Notes: a model not told the origin generated them from the sequence alone. Positions 17,181 through 24,254 are shown, counted from the stretch's first letter. The stretch is 56,720 nt of DNA from Nanobdellota archaeon (GCA_030647325.1 JAUSJN010000070.1:1-56720), one strand, 5' to 3'. Numbers and translations are program-made.

Positions 17181-18259
17181 TACTCGGTCAGCTTCTTATC
17201 CGCATCATAATGGACGATGGTAGAATTCCCCTCGCCGGAAACGCTTCTTTCGGTATTGACAAATTTCCCTTCTTTTAATTTGATGATCCTGCGCTGGAAA
17301 CTCTTGTAGCTCATATCTCCGCCTCGTTCGGCATACAAGGCGAATATCTCTCCGATCTTTCTGCCGGTCTGCTCGCGTATTAAATCAAGGATATGTTTCA
17401 TCTCTTCATCCAGCCCTTCCTTGGGCTTGATATGGAAATCATCCACTTTCTTCAGCGCTTCTGCGACATGTGCAGGAGTGATTTTCCGGGAGCTTCGCTC
17501 TTCGGCGAGATTTCCTGCTTCGCGCATCAGATATAATCCCACCCTGACGTCGCTGGTCTCCGCGCATTTTTCCACTAATTCTTTGAACGCCTCTTCGTCC
17601 CAGCAGCTGTCCACAAAGGCATAATCGCGCCGCTGCTGCAAGATACCGGCGATCTCTGCTTCATTATACGGTCGGAAATAGACAAATTCCGGTCCTAGAC
17701 GACTTCTGATACGCTCATCAAGCTCGCCGTAAGTGTCGCGATAATTGGTGATGAGGAGGATGGACTTCCTGTAAATATCTTCCAAGATCGAATACAAAAA
17801 ATCCATGTCTTCTAATTTATCGATCTCATCAAAGATAAAAACCACACTGTTTTTGTTCAATTTTTGTTTTATTAATTCCAGCAGCTCACTGGTCTTTTTG
17901 TTTTGGATGAACTTATATCCTAGATCTTCACAGATTCTGGTGTAGACCTTAAATGTGGTATTCTCCTTCCAGCAATTCACATACATGGAGATCACCTCGC
18001 CGGTCTCTTCTTCCAATTCGCGCAAGACATGTTTGCAGGCGGTTGTTTTTCCGATTCCAGGAGCGCCATACACAAATAAGTTCCTTCCGTTATGCCCTTG
18101 CAGCAATGGCCGGATAGCCGTGGCAAAGCGCATCTGCTCATTTTCCCTAAACTTCAGGATCTTGGGCTGGAAATCGTAATCTAGGATGACCGTATCGCGG
18201 AACACCGTCTCCCCGCTGCGCAACATATCTTTGAATAGCGACATGATTTTAAGAATCAA
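17177..18259 (-). CDS. cdc6: Orc1/Cdc6 replication initiator
   Basis: AAA+ Walker A GAPGIGKT, Walker B VVFIFDEID, C-terminal winged-helix region. Confidence 0.95.
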   Translation of the reverse strand: MILKIMSLFKDMLRSGETVFRDTVILDYDFQPKILKFRENEQMRFATAIRPLLQGHNGRNLFVYGAPGIGKTTACKHVLRELEEETGEVISMYVNCWKENTTFKVYTRICEDLGYKFIQNKKTSELLELIKQKLNKNSVVFIFDEIDKLEDMDFLYSILEDIYRKSILLITNYRDTYGELDERIRSRLGPEFVYFRPYNEAEIAGILQQRRDYAFVDSCWDEEAFKELVEKCAETSDVRVGLYLMREAGNLAEERSSRKITPAHVAEALKKVDDFHIKPKEGLDEEMKHILDLIREQTGRKIGEIFALYAERGGDMSYKSFQRRIIKLKEGKFVNTERSVSGEGNSTIVHYDADKKLTEY

Positions 18260-18292
18260 AAGGTGGTTTATATTGTTTTTGCGTGTAAGGAG

Positions 18293-18545
18293 GTCATAAA
18301 AGTGCGGGAAAGCGTCTCACCTCGCCTTAAAAGGCGAGGCTTGAAAAGAGACGCTTTCTAACCCCCGCACTTTGTGACACAAGAAATACAACAAAGATTG
18401 TATTTCTGTGCAGAAGGACTTTGTCCTTCTTACATAAAAGGGCTGGATACTCCGCACTGAAGTGCGGAGCAAGAAAAGAAACAACGATTTCTTTTCTGCT
18501 CAGAAATGAAGTAGTTTCTTCATTTCTTGAGCTATCCGTCCTTTT
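18293..18545 (+). repeat. hairpin-module locus B upstream of orc1/cdc6: three-tier hairpin, alpha-beta pair (18378-18433), closing stem with hairpin plus a second alpha-beta pair (18469-18531)
   Basis: Arms read directly: GTCATAAAAGTGCGGG/CCCGCACTTTGTGAC; AAAGCGTCTC/GAGACGCTTT; CCTCGCC/GGCGAGG; CAC[A]AGAAATACA/TGTATTTCTGTG; GC[A]AGAAAAGAAA/TTTCTTTTCTGC; CTCAGAAATGAAG/CTTCATTTCT[T]GAG. Confidence 0.8.
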
Positions 18546-18602
18546 AATGTATAAAGATACTACTGCACTTTCATAAAACTTAAAAGCTCTTTTCATAAAA
18601 AT

Positions 18603-19313
18603 ATGGTTATGAAGGTTAAATCAGCAATTTTTGTTACCGCGCTTGTAGCTATGATACTAGTCCTTACTTCCTGCTCCTTCATTACCGGAGGAGCAACAGC
18701 TGGTGATGCCTGCAGCCCTTTAGAAGGCAGCGCTAAAGATAATTGTTATTTTGAATCTCAACAGTGCAGCAAGGTCAAGAATACCCAATTCCGGGATTCC
18801 TGTGTTGCTGAGTTAGCCAAGCAAAAAGATGACATAAAAGTATGTGATCTTATCGTTACCGGTAAGACTATGGGATTCTGCCAGCAGCAGATAGCGGTGC
18901 AGCAGGATAACTTTGAGCTATGTAAGGAGATAGGCGACGAATCATGGCAGGATACTTGTTATCATAAAATAGCTACGGCCAGGAATGACGTCGATAAATG
19001 CTCTTATATCACTGACTTTGATCTGAATCTGAACTGTGTCAAGAAAGTGGCGATAGCGACTCATGATGTTGAATTATGCGATCGGCTAAGCAAGCAGAAC
19101 AAAGCGGAATGTCTTTTTAAGATAGCCACAGAAACTCTTGATTCTGCGGTCTGCGCCGGGTTTACTGATGATAAATTGAATGCCGCTTCCTGTTATCTGA
19201 AGGTCGCTAAATTGAGTGATAATAAGGCAATCTGTAATAAGATCAGCATAAAAGATATCAAGGATACCTGTATCGCTTATTTTAATCAGAAAACAGCGGC
19301 ATTGTCTTCTTAG
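18603..19313 (+). CDS. Cys-rich repeat lipoprotein (236 aa)
   Basis: Lipobox-like LVLTSC, then about 8 repeats of a roughly 25-aa C-x-D-x-C-type unit (...D.C....A......C..I...). Confidence 0.7.
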   Translation: MVMKVKSAIFVTALVAMILVLTSCSFITGGATAGDACSPLEGSAKDNCYFESQQCSKVKNTQFRDSCVAELAKQKDDIKVCDLIVTGKTMGFCQQQIAVQQDNFELCKEIGDESWQDTCYHKIATARNDVDKCSYITDFDLNLNCVKKVAIATHDVELCDRLSKQNKAECLFKIATETLDSAVCAGFTDDKLNAASCYLKVAKLSDNKAICNKISIKDIKDTCIAYFNQKTAALSS

Positions 19314-19373
19314 GTTATGAAAGACGGAAAAGTCAATTGCGTTCTTCACGGAAGCTTTAGAAAAAATTTTGAT

Positions 19374-19715
19374 TTAAAAAAAGGGGAAATCAATTTTGCG
19401 ATAACCAACCCTTATTGAGCCAGCTCTAAATGGTGTAACGCCAACGCCCAGGGTTTCATAGATGTAGTCTCTTGCATTGTAAAGTTTTTCTCTATCTTCT
19501 CCTATAAGAACAGCACTAAGACCTTTTTTTGTTTCCGGATCAATACCCTTACTTCGTAGGTATGATGGAAAAAATGACATTAATCCAGCTTCACTAAACT
19601 GTGATTCTCTATATTCAATCTCACAATCATATTGCCAAGCAATGTATTCTGCATTAATATAAAGTTCCTTGTTACATACAGAATATAAAACAACTGTTTC
19701 GGTATTTGGTTCCAC
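19374..19715 (-). CDS. hypothetical protein (113 aa if GTG 19715 is the start)
   Basis: The track ORF 19374-19859 overlaps rpl37e out of frame. Only the part downstream of the rpl37e stop is plausible; the start is uncertain (GTG 19715, or an internal ATG). Confidence 0.35.
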   Translation of the reverse strand: MEPNTETVVLYSVCNKELYINAEYIAWQYDCEIEYRESQFSEAGLMSFFPSYLRSKGIDPETKKGLSAVLIGEDREKLYNARDYIYETLGVGVTPFRAGSIRVGYRKIDFPFF

Positions 19716-19716
19716 T

Positions 19717-19893
19717 TTAATTTCCAGAAGCTTTCTTATTCCACTTGTACGTTCGCATGGTAGCGGTCTGTCCGTATCCGCAGGAAGCGCACTTTTTCTT
19801 GATCTTGTGAAATGAAGGTTTTCCGCATCGTCTGCAGCGAAGGTGGTTTCTCTTCCCACTCTTCTTACCCATGCTGGCTGTTCCTTTTGACAT
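19717..19893 (-). CDS. rpl37e: 50S ribosomal protein L37e
   Basis: My translation: [58 protein letters not shown], with a C4 zinc ribbon. Directly downstream of the Sm gene, a conserved archaeal Sm-L37e pair. 58 aa, so missing from the ORF track. Confidence 0.9.
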   Translation of the reverse strand: MSKGTASMGKKSGKRNHLRCRRCGKPSFHKIKKKCASCGYGQTATMRTYKWNKKASGN

Positions 19894-19911
19894 AGTTCTT
19901 AACTCCTAATT

Positions 19912-20139
19912 TTATGCTGGAGAAATGATAGTGATAGTATCCCCGCGGATGAATACGGTGCCTACTTTTCTTTTTAATTCTCCGCTTTCGTATTCTTCTG
20001 CATCCTCTAAAACGGTATTGATATGAATATCAAAAGCTCGTAATCTTCCGGTGAAATGGTGACCGTTCTTGAGAACTACCATAACTGTTTTATTCCTTGC
20101 CGCGTTCAGCGTATCTAAAGGTCTTGATCCTTCTTCCAT
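19912..20139 (-). CDS. Sm-like archaeal protein (SmAP/LSm)
   Basis: Sm1/Sm2 motifs: VVLKNGHHFTGRLRAFDIHINTVLEDAEE ... VFIRGDTI. Confidence 0.9.
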   Translation of the reverse strand: MEEGSRPLDTLNAARNKTVMVVLKNGHHFTGRLRAFDIHINTVLEDAEEYESGELKRKVGTVFIRGDTITIISPA

Positions 20140-20220
20140 GTTTTAATTACACCCCATGTGTTTGGTATTCTAGGAAAGATGATGATATATAAAGGTTTCT
20201 AAAAATTTTATAAATTTTTG

Positions 20221-20441
20221 AAACGCGGAGAATTCCACCACTCTATAGAGTGGTGGTTTGCAAGCAAACCACTTATCAATGTGTGGAATTCTTGCGTGCT
20301 CAAAATTAGGCTGGGCGGTGCATGAAATGAAACGACGATTTCATTTCAGCACAGAAAATTGATAGTTTTCAATTTTCTTGTGAGCGAAGCAAACATGCCA
20401 TCGGTCTATTGACCGATGGTCCGCCCAGTCCTATTTTGACA
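20221..20441 (+). repeat. hairpin-module locus C: EcoRI-site backbone (AGAATTCCAC/GTGGAATTCT junction plus TCAAAATTAGGCTGG/CCAGTCCTATTTTGA stem) with alpha-beta-gamma hairpins nested in the second stem
   Basis: Complementary arms read directly. Backbone shared with 23159-23334. Confidence 0.8.
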
Positions 20442-20526
20442 CTCTGGAAGAGACAACCCCCATCTAGTCTGCGTGATTGTTATTGCTAACAGAAGAATTA
20501 TAAATACAATAGTTATTTTCTAGTGT

Positions 20527-21087
20527 ATGATTAATTTCCAAAAGCTCAGAAAAGATATCCAGGATTATGATTCAGAACGGGAACTTTTGATCAAGCAGAG
20601 CAGGGATGTCCTCAAGCTGAGCAAGCAGATCATCTATGCTGTACACCGGGATGAACTTACCGAAGCGGCTAAACTCATAAAACAGATCGAAGCTGAGAAA
20701 AAGAAACTGGATGCTATAGCCAAGCACAGCCGTAAGATGGGTAGCGAGGGAAGTTACAAAGTCGCCATCCAGGAGTATGCGGAAGCATTATTGTACTATC
20801 ACTTTGTCAAGGACGGAAAATTAGTTGATCTATCCATCGACACCGAACATTTCATCTTGGGATTGGCTGATCTTCCCGGCGAATTAGTCAGGAAAGCAGT
20901 ATTCCTGGCGGGAAAAGGTGAAGTAGAGAAAGTCATCAAGATCAAAGATGAAGTTGATACTATTTACGGAGAATTATTGAAATTTGATTTCCGCGACAAT
21001 GAAGTACGAAGAAAATTTGATTCTATCAAATATGATCTGCGGAAATTAGAAGATTTAGTGTTGGATCTGAAGTTGAAAGGAAGATAG
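20527..21087 (+). CDS. translin-family protein
   Basis: All-helical 186 aa. AIQEYAEALLYYHF and LGLADLPGELVR resemble translin/TRAX family motifs. Confidence 0.7.
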   Translation: MINFQKLRKDIQDYDSERELLIKQSRDVLKLSKQIIYAVHRDELTEAAKLIKQIEAEKKKLDAIAKHSRKMGSEGSYKVAIQEYAEALLYYHFVKDGKLVDLSIDTEHFILGLADLPGELVRKAVFLAGKGEVEKVIKIKDEVDTIYGELLKFDFRDNEVRRKFDSIKYDLRKLEDLVLDLKLKGR

Positions 21088-21105
21088 GCTTATTAAAAAT
21101 TAAGA

Positions 21106-21378
21106 ATGGCGTTTTCACTTTTAATGGATAAAGATGTACAAAGTTTTCTCCTGTTTATGTTTTTTGTCTTTGGATTTATGGTCCTAAATGATAAATATTG
21201 GAAATATAAAACAGGTTGGCGTTATTGGGTAGGCGTGATTTTATGTTCATTAGGGATATCTGGCTTTATTATCGATCTTCGTAATGTTAATTTTATAACC
21301 ATTTTAGCAAGTTTGACCTATATTGTTCCCGGTTCTGCAATTTGGCTTATAAAAGCTGAAAAAATGAAGAAAGGCTGA
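21106..21378 (+). CDS. small membrane protein (90 aa, 3 TM)
   Basis: Hydrophobic segments. Tandem with the next small membrane ORF. Confidence 0.5.
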   Translation: MAFSLLMDKDVQSFLLFMFFVFGFMVLNDKYWKYKTGWRYWVGVILCSLGISGFIIDLRNVNFITILASLTYIVPGSAIWLIKAEKMKKG

Positions 21379-21379
21379 G

Positions 21380-21583
21380 ATGGATACTAAATTACAAATT
21401 TTGAAAGATATCACCATTAGTTATATTTCTGGTATAGCGGGAGGTTTAGTTATTCTTTTTTCATTAGATAACAATAATTCCTTACAGCCAAAAGTATTTT
21501 ATTTTTACTTAGTATTAATTTACATCTTACTTTTACTATCAATTCTTCTAATATTTTGGATGTTTAGAAAAAATAAAACTTGA
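21380..21583 (+). CDS. small membrane protein (67 aa, 2 TM)
   Basis: Starts 1 nt after the previous stop. Two hydrophobic helices. Confidence 0.5.
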   Translation: MDTKLQILKDITISYISGIAGGLVILFSLDNNNSLQPKVFYFYLVLIYILLLLSILLIFWMFRKNKT

Positions 21584-21612
21584 CAATTTGCTAGAAGGAA
21601 TGTTGAAAAAAT

Positions 21613-21807
21613 TTACCTTCTCTTTTTCTTAACAACTTTACTAACTGCTTTCTTAACTTTACCCTTTCTTGTTCGCATCTTCGCCAATTTAATCATCTTA
21701 GCTACTTTAGAATGCTTGGGCTTGCCACTAGGGCCGCGGCTTTGGTTAGCATTTTTCTTACTTGCTTTAGAACTTCGTCCCTTCACTACTCTTTTTTTCT
21801 TTGCCAT
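21613..21807 (-). CDS. very basic Lys/Arg-rich 64-aa protein (possible nucleic-acid binding)
   Basis: About half of the residues are K/R. No clear TATA upstream, so it is uncertain. Confidence 0.4.
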   Translation of the reverse strand: MAKKKRVVKGRSSKASKKNANQSRGPSGKPKHSKVAKMIKLAKMRTRKGKVKKAVSKVVKKKRR

Positions 21808-22088
21808 AATATACTGGACTCGGTGAAAAAGTGGCCTGAAATAACGACCAACTCTTGTACGTGCCTATTGGTTTATTTTACAGGTGATCTTTTTCGCCCC
21901 ATACACAAGCGTTATTCAGCACAGGCTGCCCGAGGTGAGTTGTAGTCCAGACACCGAGGTAGTTGTTGAGTACCGAACAGAGGCTGCTATGGTTGCATCC
22001 TTTTCAGGACAACCGAACTGTCCACAAAGAGTAGAATAACTAAGGGGTATAAATAAGTTTGTTACTCCTACGATTAACAACACAAAAT

Positions 22089-22098
22089 CTTATAAAGA
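22089..22098 (+). promoter_or_regulatory. TATA box of the metallophosphoesterase gene
   Basis: CTTATAAAGA, about 26 nt upstream of ATG 22119. Confidence 0.45.
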
Positions 22099-22118
22099 GC
22101 CATTAGTCTTAACATTTC

Positions 22119-22715
22119 ATGAAAATCCTAGCTTTAAGCGATGTACATGGAGATCGGTTTTTCATGCAGGAAATGGCCGAAAAAGGAGCCGAAGAGAAGG
22201 TAGATCTAGTGCTCTTGGCTGGGGACTTAGTCGATGATTATGGAAATGCAGATGGTTTGATCGGTCCATTCAAGGCAAAAGGGCTGGAAGTGGCGATCAT
22301 CCCCGGGAATCATGAAGGCTTGGCAGAAGTACATTTCCTCGCTGAGAAGTATGGTATAAAAAATCTTCACGGGTATGTCATCAAAGTAGGCGATGTAGGG
22401 ATTTTCGGCTGCGGTTATGCCGACGTAGGCATCCATCAACTGTCAGAAAAAGAATTTTTTGAGACTCTTAAGAAAGCGCATGATTCACTGAAAGATGTTA
22501 AAAAGAAATTGATGGTCACTCACGTGCAGCCTAGTGAAAGCATACTTGGTTTAGGAATATTTCCTGGCAGTATAGGCGTGCGAAGAGCTATTGAAGAATT
22601 TAAACCGGATGTGCATATCTGCGGGCACATCCATGAGACGCATGGCATCGAAGAGATGATCGGTTCTACCCGGGTCATCAATGTGGGAAAAACTGGAAAA
22701 ATAATCGAGTTGTGA
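22119..22715 (+). CDS. calcineurin-like metallophosphoesterase
   Basis: SDVHGD, GDLVD, GNHE and GHIH motifs. TATA-like box at 22089-22098. Confidence 0.85.
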   Translation: MKILALSDVHGDRFFMQEMAEKGAEEKVDLVLLAGDLVDDYGNADGLIGPFKAKGLEVAIIPGNHEGLAEVHFLAEKYGIKNLHGYVIKVGDVGIFGCGYADVGIHQLSEKEFFETLKKAHDSLKDVKKKLMVTHVQPSESILGLGIFPGSIGVRRAIEEFKPDVHICGHIHETHGIEEMIGSTRVINVGKTGKIIEL

Positions 22716-23167
22716 ACATGTTACTAAAAACTATCGCCAGAGATTTCGCTCATCAGCATAAAATTGAACTTAATACCAGAAGAAATAGCTTAATTGGCAG
22801 AAAGGGAAGGTTAGTAGTAGGTTATTTGGAGAACAGTTTGAGACAAAAAGTATTTGTCAATAAATCATTTCCTCCTCTCGATGGCATTTATGAGAGCAGG
22901 ATAATTATCGATGATGATGGACAAAACCCGGTCTTGAAAATGAACATTCTGTACGGTTGTTTGGAAGATTACATCACTCAATTACACAAAGTTAAGACTG
23001 ATCTTTGCAAGGATATACATGGAATATTGATTGATTCTTATCTTGATCTAGAAAAATACCCTCAGCTTCCGGAAAATATCTTGCAAGAGCAATTGCCTAT
23101 CAGTATTCCTGACCATGTGGAGGATCTGCATGAACTACTTTGGAGTTTTTATCCTTACAAACGCTGA
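22712..23167 (+). CDS. hypothetical protein (151 aa)
   Basis: 4-nt overlap with the phosphoesterase gene. Its last codons and stop lie inside repeat element D. Confidence 0.55.
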   Translation: MNMLLKTIARDFAHQHKIELNTRRNSLIGRKGRLVVGYLENSLRQKVFVNKSFPPLDGIYESRIIIDDDGQNPVLKMNILYGCLEDYITQLHKVKTDLCKDIHGILIDSYLDLEKYPQLPENILQEQLPISIPDHVEDLHELLWSFYPYKR

Positions 23168-23334
23168 GAATTCCATCTATTGAATGGTGATTTGCTCCCA
23201 AACCGCTTATTAATTTGTGGAATTCTTGCGCATGAAAATAAACAACGATTTATTTTCAGCGCAGAAATACGATATTTTTCGTATTTCTTGCGTGCTCAAA
23301 ATTAGGCTGGACATTCGCCAGTCCTATTTTGACA
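23159..23334 (+). repeat. hairpin-module locus D: same backbone as C, with the alpha-beta pair (23228-23291) between the two backbone domains
   Basis: TGCTCAAAATTAGGCTGG and CCAGTCCTATTTTGACA are identical to locus C. The first domain is roughly 80 percent identical by eye. Confidence 0.8.
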
Positions 23335-23371
23335 TAAAAATATATTTAAACTGAAGTGCTTTAGAAGCGAT

Positions 23372-23500
23372 ATGCTCACCAACTGCCCGGAATGCCGTAA
23401 ACCATTGCACGAAGGCCAGCATCGGTATGCTGATGGATTGTTTAAGGTACAATATTGCAAGAAGTGCGGCTTTAGGAAGGAAACTCCTTTACAAGAATAA
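23372..23500 (+). CDS. 42-aa zinc-ribbon peptide (CxxC...CxxC), tentative
   Basis: My translation: MLTNCPECRKPLHEGQHRYADGLFKVQYCKKCGFRKETPLQE. Below the ORF-track cutoff. Confidence 0.35.
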   Translation: MLTNCPECRKPLHEGQHRYADGLFKVQYCKKCGFRKETPLQE

Positions 23501-23501
23501 A

Positions 23502-23912
23502 TTAATCAAGTTTCCGCAGAACTTTTTCTTTGAATAATATTTGCGTACGCTTTTCTATATCATCGCTTCCTTCCAAAGGCATTGAGTCTGATAAGTAAAT
23601 ACTAGATTGGGACCATTCATCTATCATCTGGCTGATAAATCCGTGATATTCCTTTGCCCTGTCTTTATATAAATCATGGCTTGGGTTTTTACAGTATTTT
23701 TCAAATCTTTGTTCAAGAATTTCGGGAATACTCTGCCAGATCGCCATGGTTATATCATCCTCGCAGAAGATATGGGAGAAATGTTCTAAATTTTTAAAGG
23801 CATATCTTTGAGCTTTTTCGTCAACTACCAGCACTCCGACAGGAATAAGATCTTTACGTGAATCGGTTAAGTCCGAACAGTATAAAGCAAGAGCGTAGCG
23901 CATTTCCATCAA
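23502..23912 (-). CDS. DUF3037-like protein (136 aa)
   Basis: N-terminal RYALALYCSDLTDSRKDLIPVGVLVV resembles the DUF3037 signature (Y..LRY.PD..RGE..NVGVV). Confidence 0.45.
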   Translation of the reverse strand: MMEMRYALALYCSDLTDSRKDLIPVGVLVVDEKAQRYAFKNLEHFSHIFCEDDITMAIWQSIPEILEQRFEKYCKNPSHDLYKDRAKEYHGFISQMIDEWSQSSIYLSDSMPLEGSDDIEKRTQILFKEKVLRKLD

Positions 23913-23927
23913 TATCCATTCATCAAA

Positions 23928-24254
23928 TTAATCAATTTTTCCCAATATGGCCAGGACCGTGTATGCACTGTCTTTAAGATCGCTTATCTTGTCGGTGATC
24001 GCCAACAACACTTCTTTTACCTTTCTGAGTCTCCGGTCATTAAATGGTTTGGTGATTATGGTGTCTTTTTTGGCTGGTCCATTCAAATCTTTGCACACTT
24101 CAATGATCTCCGTTAGACTCTTATTTGCCAGATCCAGTAAAGCTTGTTGTTCTTGATTATATCTGCTTTTATTTCTTCTGATCCTGTCAACAAATCTCGT
24201 TATAGTCGCAATATCTGTTTGATTCAATTTTTGTAGATCCATAATAGATATCAT
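23928..24254 (-). CDS. hypothetical helical protein (108 aa)
   Basis: Upstream of and co-oriented with the DUF3037-like ORF (15-nt spacer). Confidence 0.5.
   Translation of the reverse strand: MISIMDLQKLNQTDIATITRFVDRIRRNKSRYNQEQQALLDLANKSLTEIIEVCKDLNGPAKKDTIITKPFNDRRLRKVKEVLLAITDKISDLKDSAYTVLAILGKID

Noticed and set aside
18327-18596. 89-aa minus-strand ORF upstream of cdc6
   Set aside because: It is composed of the successive hairpin modules of locus B. There is no start context and its composition follows the repeats.
19717-19859. N-terminal third of the 161-aa track ORF 19374-19859
   Set aside because: It overlaps the well-supported rpl37e frame out of frame.
21808-22088. SRP RNA, 5S rRNA or RNase P RNA assignment, based on TGTAGTCCAG (Alu-like), CCGAAC (5S loop C-like), TCCT-GAAA-AGGA-TGCA-ACC on the minus strand (SRP helix 8-like), and also GGACGAAGTCC at 45937 and GGAAGTCCGGCTTGAGCC / GGATGAATG in locus A (RNase P CR-like)
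   Set aside because: These are only short motif resemblances. The flanking helices required by each family (5S helix III, SRP helix 8 symmetric loop, RNase P P4 partner strand) could not be formed by eye. A covariance-model search is needed before any such call.
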